Source of the DNA: Camelus dromedarius
Taxonomy: Eukaryota
Reading direction: 5' to 3'
Length of the DNA stretch: 64,000 nucleotides
Assembly (NCBI RefSeq): GCF_036321535.1
Contig: NC_087447.1
Span: 36,272,001-36,336,000, forward strand
In this document: positions 14,331 to 27,108 of the stretch, piece after piece
How the letters are laid out: each line of letters begins with the position of its first letter
Numbering within the stretch: the stretch's first letter is position 1
Notes under the pieces: generated by a model
Database searches by the model: none
Told to the model about the DNA's origin: nothing
Seen by the model: only the letters and a program-made list of their open reading frames with translations
Program-made: the position numbers and the translations under genes

Positions 14331-17300
14331 GTGGTCGGGACACAGTCAGGTTCAGCAAATGTTACGCTAGGCGTTGCATGATGGACTTTCATGTATGTTC
14401 CCTCGTTCTGTCCTCACAGCAGCCTTTTGGAAGGGTATTATTGTTCTTCTCTGTTTGCAGATGGAAAAACTGAGGCTCAGAGACCTGAGACGTCTTGTTC
14501 TGGTTGAACCCAGATCTACTCACTCCAGGACTCTGGGCTGACTTGTCGCCTAGGGCGGAAGTTGAAGGAGGCTGGTTAGACTGTGCTGACGGCACTCACT
14601 TGGAGAGAGGATGGGGACCATATGTTGGCTTCTCAAGGCCTGATTCCCACACTTCTGGAAGAAGGTCCTGTCAGAATAATGCCTGTGTGCAGCGAGCTGT
14701 TAAAAATCTTAACATTTTTCAAAACAGTGCAAGCTCCAAAGACCATTTCAGTAACATCTTCAGCCCCCATAGGAAATGCCACATGAACACCAGTGACACT
14801 TTGTACTAAGCAAGCAATTGTGTAAAAGTGTTAGGTAAAATAAAACAGGTTGCTTAAGAAGTGCTGAAGGAATGTGGAGGTGCCATTTTGACTTCTGGCT
14901 GCAGCCCAAATGGGAGCTGAAGGCGAGGAGGCAGTTTCTTGTGTTTTTGGAGTTTTGATTATCAATTTGAGGACCTAACTAGGAGCACATTATATGGTTA
15001 CCCAGAACTCTTGGTTTTCTGGAGACACTGGGATTTAGAACAAAGATAGTAAGTACCTTAACAAGCCTGGAGGCAGTGCTGAATGTGGCTTCGGATCTGC
15101 AGGGTGACTCTTAACAATATTCCAGGAGCTGCATCGAGGAGCCAGAAAGTCCAGGGGGTGGCCGTGGCCAAGCATACCAGTGAGGAGAGCCTTGATAGAG
15201 TCCCCCCGTGGGCTCTGAGGTCGGATACTTTCCTTACACTTTAAACTGTTTCTTCTCTCTATAGCATAGGCCAGATAAGAGCTAGTGCTGACAGAGCAGA
15301 TCTGCCCGCTCTCAGCATACCAATACCACCCCTGTCAGAAAAGCAGATTTATCAGGCTGCTCCCACCTCCACTCCTGAGCACCATTCATGTAACTCCGGA
15401 ACTACTTGCCACGCTGAAAAAAATGGCCATGCTGAGTAAATTGGAACCTTTATGTTTAACCAGCCAGAGTCACTGCTCACATTATAGTCAAAATTTGTAT
15501 AAATTGAAGATTAATCTTGCAAAAATGTTGCAAGAAACTGTAGGACCCGTTTACATTTTGACTGGCCATGTCTGTGGTTGTAGGTGGGCTCTTCCTTCTG
15601 CTGAGCTCAAATCAATCTCCAGTTCTCCCTGGACCTCACTCTGTCCTCTTATCAAGTCCCTTGTGTTGGCTGTCGGACTTCTTCGGGGCCTAATCCAAGT
15701 CCTTCTAGCCTGTGAAGACGTGCTTGTTTACGTGGCCCGCCTTTACAGGGGTTGTCCTTCCCTGCTGACTTCCACCTGTAATCCCTGGTCCTCTGCAGGC
15801 GAGACTGACTACCATTCCACCTGGATGGGTGCTCCTGGGAGGAAGAGCGGGATCCGAGAATAAAGGCTAGGTTGTGTTCTACCTCATTTGCCAAGTACTT
15901 TCTCAGGAGCCTGAAGAGCAACAGAAGCCTTTGTATGGAGAAGAGAGAGTTTCTGTGCTCCATTGAAACCAGCCGCCTGGCTCCCCGCCGGGCCATCTCC
16001 ATCACTGCCGGAGAGCAAGGTGGCAATTCAGGTTTAAGAACAGGTATTTCAGGGGATTTGTCTGTGCCTGCTAACAGCGTCTTGAGGCAGGGTGATAGGA
16101 CATGAGATTCTTCATGGATTTTAGAAAATCAAAAATCAGGATATGGAGCAGGCTGGGGGCTTTAGGGCTGAGGGGTCAGGGACAGCAGGTGAAGTCAGGG
16201 GACTTTGGTATCTCCAAATGGGTGTGGGGCTTCAGTGTTCAGTAGGCAACCTCCACGTGGTGAGGGTGAGTCTGGAGTAGTAGAAGGATCAGAAGGACGG
16301 TGGTTGTAGGGACACTGAAGCTGACTGATGTGGGCATGTCATTTACCCTTTCTGGGCACTTCCTCACCTGTGGCTTGATGTGACTGACTACAGCCTGCCC
16401 TGCTGGGTATTCAGGAAGATTAGATGAAATAGCTCAAGGACCTCAGTCTTCTTTGCTCAAAAAGTGCTGAACCAGAAGCTCTGCAGTTAGCAAGCTAGGC
16501 GAGTTTGATCGGAGGCCATCAAATTTTAAGATCTCAGTATTCAAGAGGCATTACTCTGATTCCTCTCTTTTCTCAATGTATTGAGTCCTTTTTTTTTTTT
16601 AATTTAACGATCCAATAACATCCCATACTCCAGATCTTCAGTTTCCTTTTGTGTAACATGGGAATAAAAATAGCTGCCCTGCCTACCTCTGTGGGTACTT
16701 GGGAGGGTCAAATATGATGATGAACGTGACCACACTTCAAACTTCGTGTAAGTGCAAGAAACGGTGGTGATGATGCTGTGGTTGATAACTATTTTTGGCA
16801 AAAAGGGCAACAACCATATAAGGCAAGAAATGTTGGGAAGCTGCCTTTAGATCTGATCAAATGACAGCTATATTTTTGTCCACTTTAAAAAACTATTTTT
16901 CTTCTAATGTTAGAATGTATAATTCATGCCTACACCTTCCAGCTCAGGATTCATTTACTCAAGACTCTGGGCTTATTTACACTGGTACAAGCTGGGTGTA
17001 GGGAGCCCAGGAGTTGCTGTTACTGTTGTACAGTGTATATGAAGCCGTTGTTGGATGCTGGGTGCTGCTCCAGGCACATGAAAGATTTGCTCTTTGCCCG
17101 CATCTACCAGGGATCCAAGTTGACCTCGTGATAGGACCAAAGACTGCGTGGGGGCTCCTAAGTGCCATATAGATTCAGTCATTCAGAAATTTGACCCTGG
17201 GCATAAGGGGAAGGAAGGAGAGGGAGGAGCAGTAGACGCTGCTGTTTTTCTGATGCTTTGTCTTTAGTGATTTGTGATCATGGCCAGGAAGTTGTCAGCC

Positions 17301-19490
17301 CCACAGAATCCTAAGGGAAGAGGACAGCAGGTTATCATGCAAAGAACATCAAATTTAGAAGTGAAAGACCTGGATTTATGTCTCAGTCTTATCACTTATT
17401 GACGAAGTTTTCTTGAGAAAGTCACTTAACCTCTCTGAGCCATTTCTTCATTCATAAAACAGGGGTGGACAGTGTTAACCGCTCAGCTGTGTAAGAAAAG
17501 ACTTTGTAAAGGTAATTAGTGGATAGGATTTATCGTTACTCCCGTCATGAGCAGAGTGTTTTTCTTCGCCGGGTGGAAATGAGACAGGCTTAGGTTAGAG
17601 TTTGTGTTTTCAAATTCCCTGGTGAATGAAGATGTCTCTAATAGAAGCTGGGTGTAAATAAAGCCTAACCCACGAACACAGTGCAGGGATTTCTGAAATA
17701 GGTGTTGAGGGGGCCTGCTTCTCATCCTTAGCTAAATGCTCACACCTTAACTCTGCTTTTTTGGGAAGAGCAGCCTGCTGCCTGCCTGATGAGGTCATAC
17801 GATTCCAAGGGCTGGCAGTGGCTGGGAGGGGTGAGAGGGTGCGGGGGTGTTGGGGGGGGTGCACAGTCACAGGGCCAGGGAGCAGCCTGGCCCCAGGGCT
17901 TATAGGATTCAGGCTGCTCAGCCCTCAGTGCCAGCTTACCCCAGATACCAGGACACAGGATGCGCTGACCAGGCCCCAGGGCAGAGTAAGGGAAGCTTTG
18001 TAGGCCTTGAGTTTTTTTTCTCTTTTAACCTTTATACTATGCTCATTTAAACCTACGATTCTCCGTGGTGAGTCAGGGCTCAGTTTGGAGATGGGATTGA
18101 TATCTTTACACCGTCAAACTGAGATGATATATTGACTCTGACAGTAAAAGCATTTTAACTGTCTGTATTAGGAGCCTTAAAAAATGACCATGCCCTTTGA
18201 TTAATTTCACTTCTGGGACTTTAACCCAAGGAAATCATTTGAATTGCAGAAAAAGCTTATATATGCAAAGATGTGTTGATTATAACAGTGGAGGTGGGGT
18301 AGGGGGAGCACCTAAACTGCCCAGCATTAGAAGAATGTAAACCTTTCTAAAATATAAGCACCACGGGGTGAGGCTCTTTTGTTTACTGTGTATCTCCAGC
18401 ATCTAAAGCAGTACCTGGCACACGGGTGGCCAGTAAACATTTTCTGAACAGTTGTATGAAAGCAATTTTACAGTATATGATAAGATTGTTACTCACTTGT
18501 TTCAAATGAAGTCTGAATGACATGTGACATTTTCTAAGTTAATAGGATGTGAAAAAAGCAGGATACAGATTTCTAAGTATAGTAAAATCACTTTTTTTTT
18601 TAATATATAGAAGGATAAAAAAGCTAGGAAGATACCCAGATACATCTCTAGGTGGTGAGATCATGGGTGACTTTTTTTCTGTCTACATTTTCTAAAATTT
18701 TTTAAATGACTATGATTTTTGTGATTGAGAAAAACATTAAAATAAATCATATTTTTTAAAAAATGAGAAGGTTAGATTAGTTTATTCATGGAGCCTTTAG
18801 AGCCAGCTCCTCCTTCCTTTCAAAGAACCAGGCAGCTTTTATGAATACACAAAACACCTACGCACTTTGGTTGTGTCTGTCAACTTAGCGTGGAAGCCGA
18901 TCCCTCCTCACTTCAAAAGGGTGATAGAAACTTCACAGTGTTGAAATTGTACAGGTCATGTTGCAGAGACATGCCCATACATTTATATCCCATCATCGAA
19001 GCGAAGACATTTTGTAGTAGGAAGAAGAATTTTAAGAAGATAGATTTTTCTGGGTGGGTGGTTAATTCTTAGAATTCTTTCCCTGGTTCATGGGTTTTGG
19101 AAGCTGTTGAAAGTGCCGTCTGCTTTCCTTCATTCTTGTTTTCAGCTCGTGCCATCTTAAAGTAACTTTTCGCTGAGTGATTCAGTTTGTTGGAGTAAAT
19201 GCTTCATGGACTGTCTCTCTAAGATGCAGTGTTCTCTTGGAGCCAAGGCTTGCCCAGAATTCAAATTTCCATGTCTTAGATGGGCTTTGGCACCTGAGCT
19301 GGAAGTGTTTGGTGTTTAAATGCGTTGGGTTCTGACAGATAAAGTGCCTCTTGGAGGAAAGGCCTGTGGTCTCACCCTGGGAGGAATCTGATGGTCAGGG
19401 GTCCTCAGACCTTGCTGACCTGTTGTTGTGTCTATGAGCCTTTCCTTTCACGTGACTGCTCATTCATTATCTCTCTCTCTCTCTTTTTAG

Positions 19491-19574
19491 CCATAACCAG
19501 CAGACCACAGCGTTCAGGCATCCTGTGAGTGGGCAGTTTTCTCCAGAAAATAGTGAATTTATTCTTCAAGAAGA
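19491..19574 (+). CDS. PLEKHA7: PLEKHA7 coding exon (~exon 4), end of WW2: (D)HNQQTTAFRHPVSGQFSPENSEFILQE(E)
   Basis: (CT)n/T tract + TAG acceptor, donor GA|GTAAGT; 84 nt, phase 2-2. Confidence 0.95.
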
Positions 19575-21948
19575 GTAAGTACATTTGTATATTCTCCTTT
19601 TCCAGGCAGAGCTTGGGAGCTTAAAGGCATTTGTTCAAAACGAAGCTTGTTGGACTGTTTTCTCTCTCATACATAGAGGGTTGGAGTAGGTTGTTTGATT
19701 TGAGGTGAAACTTGAGAATTTTGTTTTCCAGTGTCCAGACTTCCCTCAGCGGGTAGATACGGGATGTGAAAGGGGAAGATGATATGGGGATGCGCTGTGT
19801 TGGGTGTTGTCGGAGCCTCTTCAGAGCCCTCTCTTCCCTGCAACCCTTTCCCCTCAAGCACCACCTAACACACTAGCTGTGCTCTGGGAGGACCCACTCA
19901 TCTATTGTGAAAGTACCTTGAATACAACCTCAGATTGAGTTGAGCCCGCCTCCCAAGGAAGCCTCAAATAGGAGTGCAAAGCCAGGGCTTAGAAGAGAGG
20001 AGGGCTGGTGGCACCCATTGTCCCGGAAAGTTTTGAGTCCTTTCTGCTTTTCCTAACGCGGGAACCTTCTTGCCCCTCAGTCCCATTTCAGGAGGGCCTC
20101 CGGGTGCTCAGAGGCAGGTTCTGCCACCCAAGGCTTGTCTACTTAAAAATGCATGTACAGCCCACACAGGACATGCTCTCCCCACCATGAAGGCAGAGCA
20201 ACGTGGGCAAGTATCTGTGTTCCCTTCTGATCATTTGAGACAGTTCTGTCGAAGAAAACAATTCTGTTTCAGAAACTAATAGAGGCATTGGCTCTAATTT
20301 TTTTTTCTTTTCTTCCAAGTCATTTTTTTGTGTTCAGTCACTTAGACATGTTCAAATACAATCTTAAATTATCAGTATTTATAGTTTGACAGCATTTCCC
20401 TCTCTCAATACTTACAGTTTTAAACTAACATGGAAAATTTCAAACATATACAAAAGTAGAGCAATACGGTAATAAATCCAATGTATTCATCACCCATCTT
20501 CAACAGTTTTCAAAGCATGGCTGATTTTATTTTATCTATACCCTCCCCTTCCCCCTTGGGATTGTTTTGAAGCAAATTCCAAACATATCATTTCATTTCA
20601 GTAGTATTTTCAGCTTAGAGTCATTATCCTACAGAACGTTTAAAAACTAAAAATCTGTAATTATGGTCGTACTGGCATTCCTTGCGTGTTTACTCTGTGC
20701 TGGGGATTTTATGTGCATATCTCATTTAATACAATAATCCTGAGAAGTAGACAATCATCACCATTTTAGAGACAAAGATGCTGAGACTCAAAGAAGTCAC
20801 ATCACTTGCCCAAAGTTGCCTGGCTACAAGTAGAAACCAGGATATCATCCAAGCTTGATTTCTTTAGTCCAGTCTAACCCTTGCCCTAGTCAGAAGCTGT
20901 TTGCTCAGTTATTTTAATGCTGGTGGCCCACGGGACATGACAGCCAGACTGTGGGTTTCGAGGTGATGGGGTGTGCCTGACTCTGAAAGCATTAATACTA
21001 TTAGAGAGTGGGTGGAAGGTAAAGATTGTCTTGTCTCCTCATCCAATAGGAACTGCTATGTAAAGACAAAGCCAGAATGTGGATTCTCCGAATTCCAGCT
21101 TGGAGTGAGTTTGTTTATAGACTCCTGAAGGTCAGAAGCTCTTGGGAGGTCATTGAATTCAGCCCCCTTTCTTAGGCATCCTGGAGACATGGGCGCCTGA
21201 CATTATTAAAGGTCTGGATGCAGAATCTTTCAGAATACTTAGCTTGAGAAGTTGCCAACTTTAATAATAATAAGAGCTTCTGGAGAAATGCAGACTTTCC
21301 ATCACTAAACACCTCTGTCACACACACCTTCCTTTCCTCATTGTTAGCAAAAGATCCTGACCACTTCTGAGAAGGTAGCCTCTTTATTCTCCCAAAATAT
21401 CTGTCTCTAATCTCACTTCCATCCAGTTTCCAAGGAAAAGTTATTCCTTCTTTTCAAGGGTCACTTTTTCCCTTGAGGTGCCATTTCTTCGATGTCATAA
21501 GAGGTGCTTGCTTGTCTCAGATGATGGGTGCAGCTATATGGCCAGACATTCCTTGAAGGAGATAGAATGTGCTTTAGGCATTGAGAGGAAGGGAGGATTC
21601 CTGTGAACTGATGTGGTGACTCCTGTGCTTATTTGTTAAACCCTTAGTAGGTGCTTCCGTGTGTCAGAGGCTGTGCCGGCCGCTGCAGTTAAAGCAGCAA
21701 GCAAAACAAATGTAGTCCTGCCTGTGAAGAGCTTGCGGTTGAGTAGGGAAGATAGATAATTAAGCAGGCGATCACAAAGGAGACAAATGTTGAGGGTAGA
21801 GGGAGCATGGGGCTTAGTGGGAGCTAATAAAAGAGGGTTCTAACCTGGCTTAGGGATCGTAGAAGACCTCTCCATCCTGGGAAGGATCTTGTTTAAATTG
21901 AAATCTGTTCAGTCAAGGTGAACAACATGTTCAAAAACCTAGAGGGGA

Positions 21949-22111
21949 TGGGGGGAGGGTATAGCTCAGTAGCAGAGTGCATGCTTAGCATGCACAAGGT
22001 CCTGGGTTCAATTCTCAGTACCTCCATTAAAGTAAATAAATAAATCTAATTACCTCCCCTCAAACAAACAAAAAACCCCAACAGACAGACAACCCCCCCA
22101 ATTGTAAAAAA
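21949..22111 (+). mobile_element. tRNA-derived SINE, Vic-1-like, full length with 17-bp TSD
   Basis: ggggagggtatagctcagt...cctgggttcaatt...tail; perfect TSD caaaaacctagagggga at 21932-21948 and 22112-22128. Confidence 0.92.
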
Positions 22112-22817
22112 CAAAAACCTAGAGGGGAGAGCAGGGAGGATCTAAACCAGTTGAGTTAGGCTGAAAAACGAAGAGCACCAGGTGGTTCTGGAGATGCTTG
22201 GGAGGTAAAGTTGGCAGGACTTGGTGATTGATTGGCTGTGTTGGGGACAAGAGAGAGAAGACTTCTTTGAAGTGTCTGGCCCTAAGTTAGAGGAAGGGGG
22301 AGCATTAGATAAGTGAAGATAAGGGTGCACGTGTGTGAGGTTCATTCACAGCCTAAGGAAGTGTGACCTGCCTTGGCAAGGAGACTGACCTGTAGCGGAG
22401 GTTTGCGAAGGAGAAGGTGGAGGTAAGGTTGGAGAGAGAGTTTGCAACCGGTTATCCAAATTGCTTCCTCCAGAAGTACACCTGGCTTTCTGTCCAGGTA
22501 AATCCTGAGAGAGCTCTGGAAGGTAGGTGAGACATAATTTCCCCTCCAGAAACCTTTTTTTTTTCCAGGTGTGACAATGAATATGATTCCTATTTTGTTC
22601 CCTTAGACGAGCTTCATTTTGTTGTGTAGTATGTTAAGTGGTGAGAAGAAAAGGCTGCAATGATCATTTGTGTCCTTTACATCAGCTCTCAGATTAATTT
22701 ATTGGGTAGAAAAAGGAGAGCTGGCTCTTTTTCCTTCTCCAAAGAGCGTTGGTTAAAGTCACACAGACTTCTCTTGCCAGAACATCCACCCTGGTTTCTT
22801 GGAGTGATTCCTTCTGG

Positions 22818-22985
22818 AGCAGTGGTTCTCCACATATGGTCTCTGAACCAGCATCTCCTGGCAAATTCTCGAGCCCCACCCCAGACCTACTGAATCAGAG
22901 GCTCTGAAAGTAGGACCCAGGAAAGTATGTTTTAACAAGCCTTCGGGGGATTCTAATTCTGATGAAAGCCCGAGAACCCTAGCTT
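22818..22985. mobile_element. MER5A-like hAT-Charlie MITE
   Basis: cagtggttctc...ccccaccccagacctactgaatcaga...tgttttaacaagcc. Confidence 0.75.
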
Positions 22986-23379
22986 AGACAACCTGCTGTT
23001 CCCATCCCTCCTAAATTACTCCCAGATTCTTCTGTTCATTTTGAAGTCTCCAGATAACCCGTCGTTCTCTGGGTTTCAATGATAATCTTAGGTGGATTTT
23101 AGTCAAATAATCTCAGTTTCCTTCTCCTGTGAGAGTTTAAAAAAGTCTCCATGGTGATTTTCTTTAGAGCATTACTGATGTGAACAGGGAACACCTCCCT
23201 CACTGCTGGCAGGGGGGCTCGCCTGGGCTGCTTGGTGTACCAGGTGCGTGCCCACCAGAAGATGGTTTCCTGTCTTACAGACTAGAAGCATGGGGAAGAG
23301 AAATAATGTGAAAGCTGTGATCTGGTGGATGCAGAGGACATGAATGCTGAGTATTCTAGTTCTGTGTCAGCAATATAGA

Positions 23380-23735
23380 ATCAGTCAGGATAGTGTCTGC
23401 TGTGGTAACAACAATGACAGACAAAATCTCAATGGCTTAAAACAATTAAGATTTCTTTCTCACTTTTAATCCATATTTGTCACAAGTCACCTGAGGGGTT
23501 CGGCTCTGTCACCTTTACTGAGGGACGCTCCGTCTCTGTGCTTCCCTGATTTCCAAAGGCAAGAAAAAGGAAACTTGATGAGTTCTGCACTGGTGCTTTC
23601 ACTCACATTTAACTGGCTAAGGCAAGGGGTGACATGACCACCCCTAACTCCAAGGGGACAGGGGAGTGCTTTTCTACCGGGCACCTGGGAAGAGAATCAG
23701 AAACATTTGCTGGGCAGCACTAATGACCACACCTA
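23380..23735 (-). mobile_element. Old MLT1-type LTR relic
   Basis: agtcaggata...tgctgtggtaacaac...aaatctcaatggcttaaaacaa...tttctttctcact. Confidence 0.6.
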
Positions 23736-24124
23736 GTAACCCACAGTGCAGAATTTTTTTTAAAGGAAGCAGGACCTTTGAGTCTGTCACTGATGACTTT
23801 CTTTGCTGCATTAACTAGAGTGTTTGCTTTCTCATTTCACCTTTTCTTTTATGCTAACTGGTTCTTTGTCAGAACCCCCAAGGTGAGGAGGTGTCAGTCA
23901 ATAGGTCCTGCAGCCTTGACCCCCAGGGGATACCCCTGCACACCCAAGCCAACAGGCATGTGGAAATCCCTCTTGGAAGACCTAATGTAAGCTCATGGTG
24001 CATTAATAAAAATACAATGCATAGAGGAAAGGGGGAGGATAGCTGGTATACTATGCTGTTTGTGGACTACTTCATTAATTCAGTCCAAGTCTGTGGAGTC
24101 CAGGAACGTGCCAAGCCCCAAACA

Positions 24125-24420
24125 TTATGATCTGGGTACTAAATTTCAAAAGGAATGTTGAACAATTGAGATTCCTCTGTGGAGGGGGACCATTATGGTG
24201 AGAGGTCTGGAAACCCTGTCCTATGACTGATCATGTTTAGTCTGAGGAGAGAAGGTGAAGGAGGATATGCTGTAAGTCTTCAAGAAGGTGGAAGTGGCTG
24301 CCAAAGGCAGTTATCAGATCAATGAATCAAAGTTATAGGCAGGCAAATTTCATCTCAGTCCATAATCTTCCAGGAGAGCAATCTTCTAGCAACTGTTGTT
24401 TCAGGATCTAGAATTTCACC
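24125..24420 (+). mobile_element. CR1/L3 LINE relic
   Basis: ggtgagaggtctggaaaccctgtcctatga...tgtttagtctgaggagagaagg resembles the CR1/L3 ORF2 3' region. Confidence 0.5.
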
Positions 24421-24477
24421 TTCAACATTAAATGAAGTAATCTACTTCCTAGAATAAGAGTTGGCTTTTTCTATTAA

Positions 24478-24710
24478 TAATAATACTAGTTTCATAGTTA
24501 GCACGTAGAGCCCTTATGGTTTATTATCAGGTACTTTTCTAAGTGCTTTCCATATGTTAATTTCCACAACAGTCCTATGAAGAAGATACCATTATTATTA
24601 TGGCTACTGAGGCACATAGAAGTTAAGATGTCTTGCCAGAAGTCACACAGCTAATAAGTGAGAGAGTTAGGATTTGAATCTACGTGGTCTGGCCCCAGAT
24701 GCAATGCCTC
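24478..24710 (-). mobile_element. MIR SINE
   Basis: aataataatactag...acaacagtcctatgaag...actgaggcacatagaagttaag...ggatttgaatc. Confidence 0.7.
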
Positions 24711-26955
24711 TCATTTCGGTGGTCTTCAAGGGACATTCCCCTTCCTTGGCTGTACTTGGGCATTAATGTGCTGACTAAGTAGGCTACTGTTACTTAGAGA
24801 TTTTAATTGTAATTGTATTTGCAGTAATGAAATTTGATCTAATAACTTCATGCTTGCTTGAAAGGCACCAAGTTTCCTCGGTAATCTTTTCTCCAGAAAA
24901 TGTTCTCAAGCCTTTTAACAGAGCCTCAGTTACAGTGATTAAATCATGCAGTCTCTTCTTCTGAAGGCTTCTTTGCTGATTCTTAGTGATTTTCCTGAAG
25001 TGGAAGCTTGTGGCTTAGAGGGCCACACACAGGGGCCCTCCTAAAGGTGTAAGCCGGGGTGCAGGGAACTCCCGGGCTGTGGTTTCGGTGGTTGGTTCTC
25101 TGCACAGGAGCATTTTCTCCTCAGTGCTGGGATGCCCAGGAAGCTGCTGACGGATGCCTCTACAGCTCCTGGGGAAGAGGAGAGAAGCATTCTGGAGCTG
25201 TGACGCTGGCGGCTGACTGGCAGCAGGCTGTGTGCACTGATCCCAAGGCTCTGTCAAGCATTTGATGTTGAGGTGGGACCTCATTGAGAGAGTATGTGCT
25301 CTGGAAGTTCAGAAGCTGCTTTTGTGCTCAGAAGCCAGCAGCAAGGCCCCCAAGATAGCCTTGGAGTTTCCTAACTGGGGAGGGGACCCTTGCCTGGCCT
25401 GCCTTTCTGGGCATCCTAGTGAGTTTAGCTTGTTCCTTCCATTGGGGTCTGAGCAGCCGTCCATTTGCTCATTGGACTGTTTAGAAAAGAACCACAGTTG
25501 GAATTGCCTGGAAGGTCATGAGTGGTGTTTGGAGGATAGGACTTTAAAAGATACTGTCTTGCTGAAGGTAAGAATTACCTTCCTGACCGTTGACCTCTTT
25601 GGGGTTCATTTTGCAGGATGCAGAGCCAGACTCTCCAAGACATACGCGGATTATGGGCCCAGGGGTGGGGTATCTCCTGCTGCTAGAGATGGCTGTCTCC
25701 TTTTCCTCCTGCAGTTACAAGGTGGTGAAAGCTCGCAGTGAGAGATGAAGGGCACAGGGTGGCGGAGGGGGTGCACTACAACTCGGAGCTCAGGGGAGGA
25801 GTGTGTCCTGTTGCTCATCTACTAAGCCCTGGGCTGTGAGGCTGCTGTGTTACTGTCTGCAGCTGATAGAGCCAGCACCTTGTCTTTCCAGACTGGCAGT
25901 CTTGGGCTAGCTTTGCCTGTTGCATTTGGTTGCCATAGCAGCAGAAAAAAATGAGGAAAAATAGGAACACCTGGCAAGCAGATGCAGAAACTTGACTGTT
26001 CAGTTTTCCTTCCCGGTCAAGGAGACGGCGTTTGTGACAGTCACAGGTAGGAGAAGAGATGGTGACAGTGTCCTTAGTGCATTCAGGTGCCTGGGTGTTG
26101 GCTTGGCTTTTGGTGCTGATGTTTCGAAGGGCATTGGCACCGGGAATACCTTCGTTGCCACACAGCAACCGTGTCTCCGGCTGTCTGTGCCAGGTGAAGA
26201 TGCTGTAGTGGTGGCTTTGCTGTGTGTGGAAGGGAAGCTGCTGCTTGCAAACAGTCATTTTGTCTCTTCTGTGACTTCCCTTCTTGTCCTCTTCTTTTAC
26301 CTTCCCCCTGTCTTGGAAGTGTCCAGATCTCCCTTAGAAAAAGCTCTTTTCTAATGAGTAAAGTGGCTGTCTGGTAGTCAGAGGGAGCAAATAGGCTAGA
26401 ATTCTAGCCCAAAGGCTGGGGCTAGAATTGTAGCATCTCTGAAACAGCAGAACAGAGGTGAAAGGAACAGTAGAGGTCAAGGTCTGATTCTCCCTCGGCA
26501 CAGAGACATGGAGCCTGGACAGTGGAAGGGGCTGGGCCAAGCTCATACAGCAGAGCGGGGCTCAGGCAAGATCAAGGCAGTGCTTGGATTTGGAGGTGGG
26601 AGAGAGGAGCCCTGGAGGCTCACTAGGCTATTTCTGTGCTAGATGAGGGGTGCTGGGGTGCTGTTTGGGCTGGTTTCCAGCTCCCGAGGTGACTTGAGGT
26701 AGGGGGAGGACCTGGAGCCTGTGTTTGAGAGAGGAGTTGGGAGTGAAGGGAAGGGAACACAGAAAGCCATAGTTGAGTAATGAGGCCACCGTTGCTGAAT
26801 GAAAACCCATGTCAGACAGCCTCCTGTGGGGTGTTGGGGTGTACAGGGAGCGTTGGCGGTCTGTGTGTCTCTTTCTCTGGGAAGACGGGGTGTGGAGTTG
26901 TCTGCTTGTTTGGGACAAGAACTTTTATTCCTGCTTTTCACTGTGTATTTCTTTT

Positions 26956-27108
26956 TTCTATTTTTTAAATTGAAGTTCAGTCAATGTGTCCATTTCTGGT
27001 GTACAGCACAGTGTCCCAGTCATGCATATACATACATATATTCATTTTCATATTATTTTTCATTAAAGGTTATTACAAGATATTGAACATAGTTCCCTGT
27101 GCTGTATA
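26956..27108 (-). mobile_element. 5'-truncated L1 3' end with TSD
   Basis: T-tract + attgaagttcagtc...gttccctgtgct; TSD cactgtg(ta/cg)tttctttt at 26939-26955 and 27109-27125. Confidence 0.8.

Noticed and set aside
15285..15863. 192-aa ORF in the track
   Set aside because: GTG start, no recognisable domain, no exon-like boundaries; consistent with a chance intronic ORF.
21949..22025. tRNA-like sequence with A and B boxes
   Set aside because: Has a SINE tail, a TSD and multiple diverged copies, so it is a SINE head and not a tRNA gene.
22480..22575. Two pyrimidine-AG|GT junctions resembling recursive splice sites
   Set aside because: The intron is only about 12 kb, the reconstituted donors are modest, and such motifs arise by chance.
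25560..25575. Strong donor AAG|GTAAGA after a mildly CpG-rich stretch (within ORF 25262..25741)
   Set aside because: The phase needed for the next exon has TGA immediately upstream and I found no matching acceptor. It could be a non-coding first exon, but nothing else supports that.
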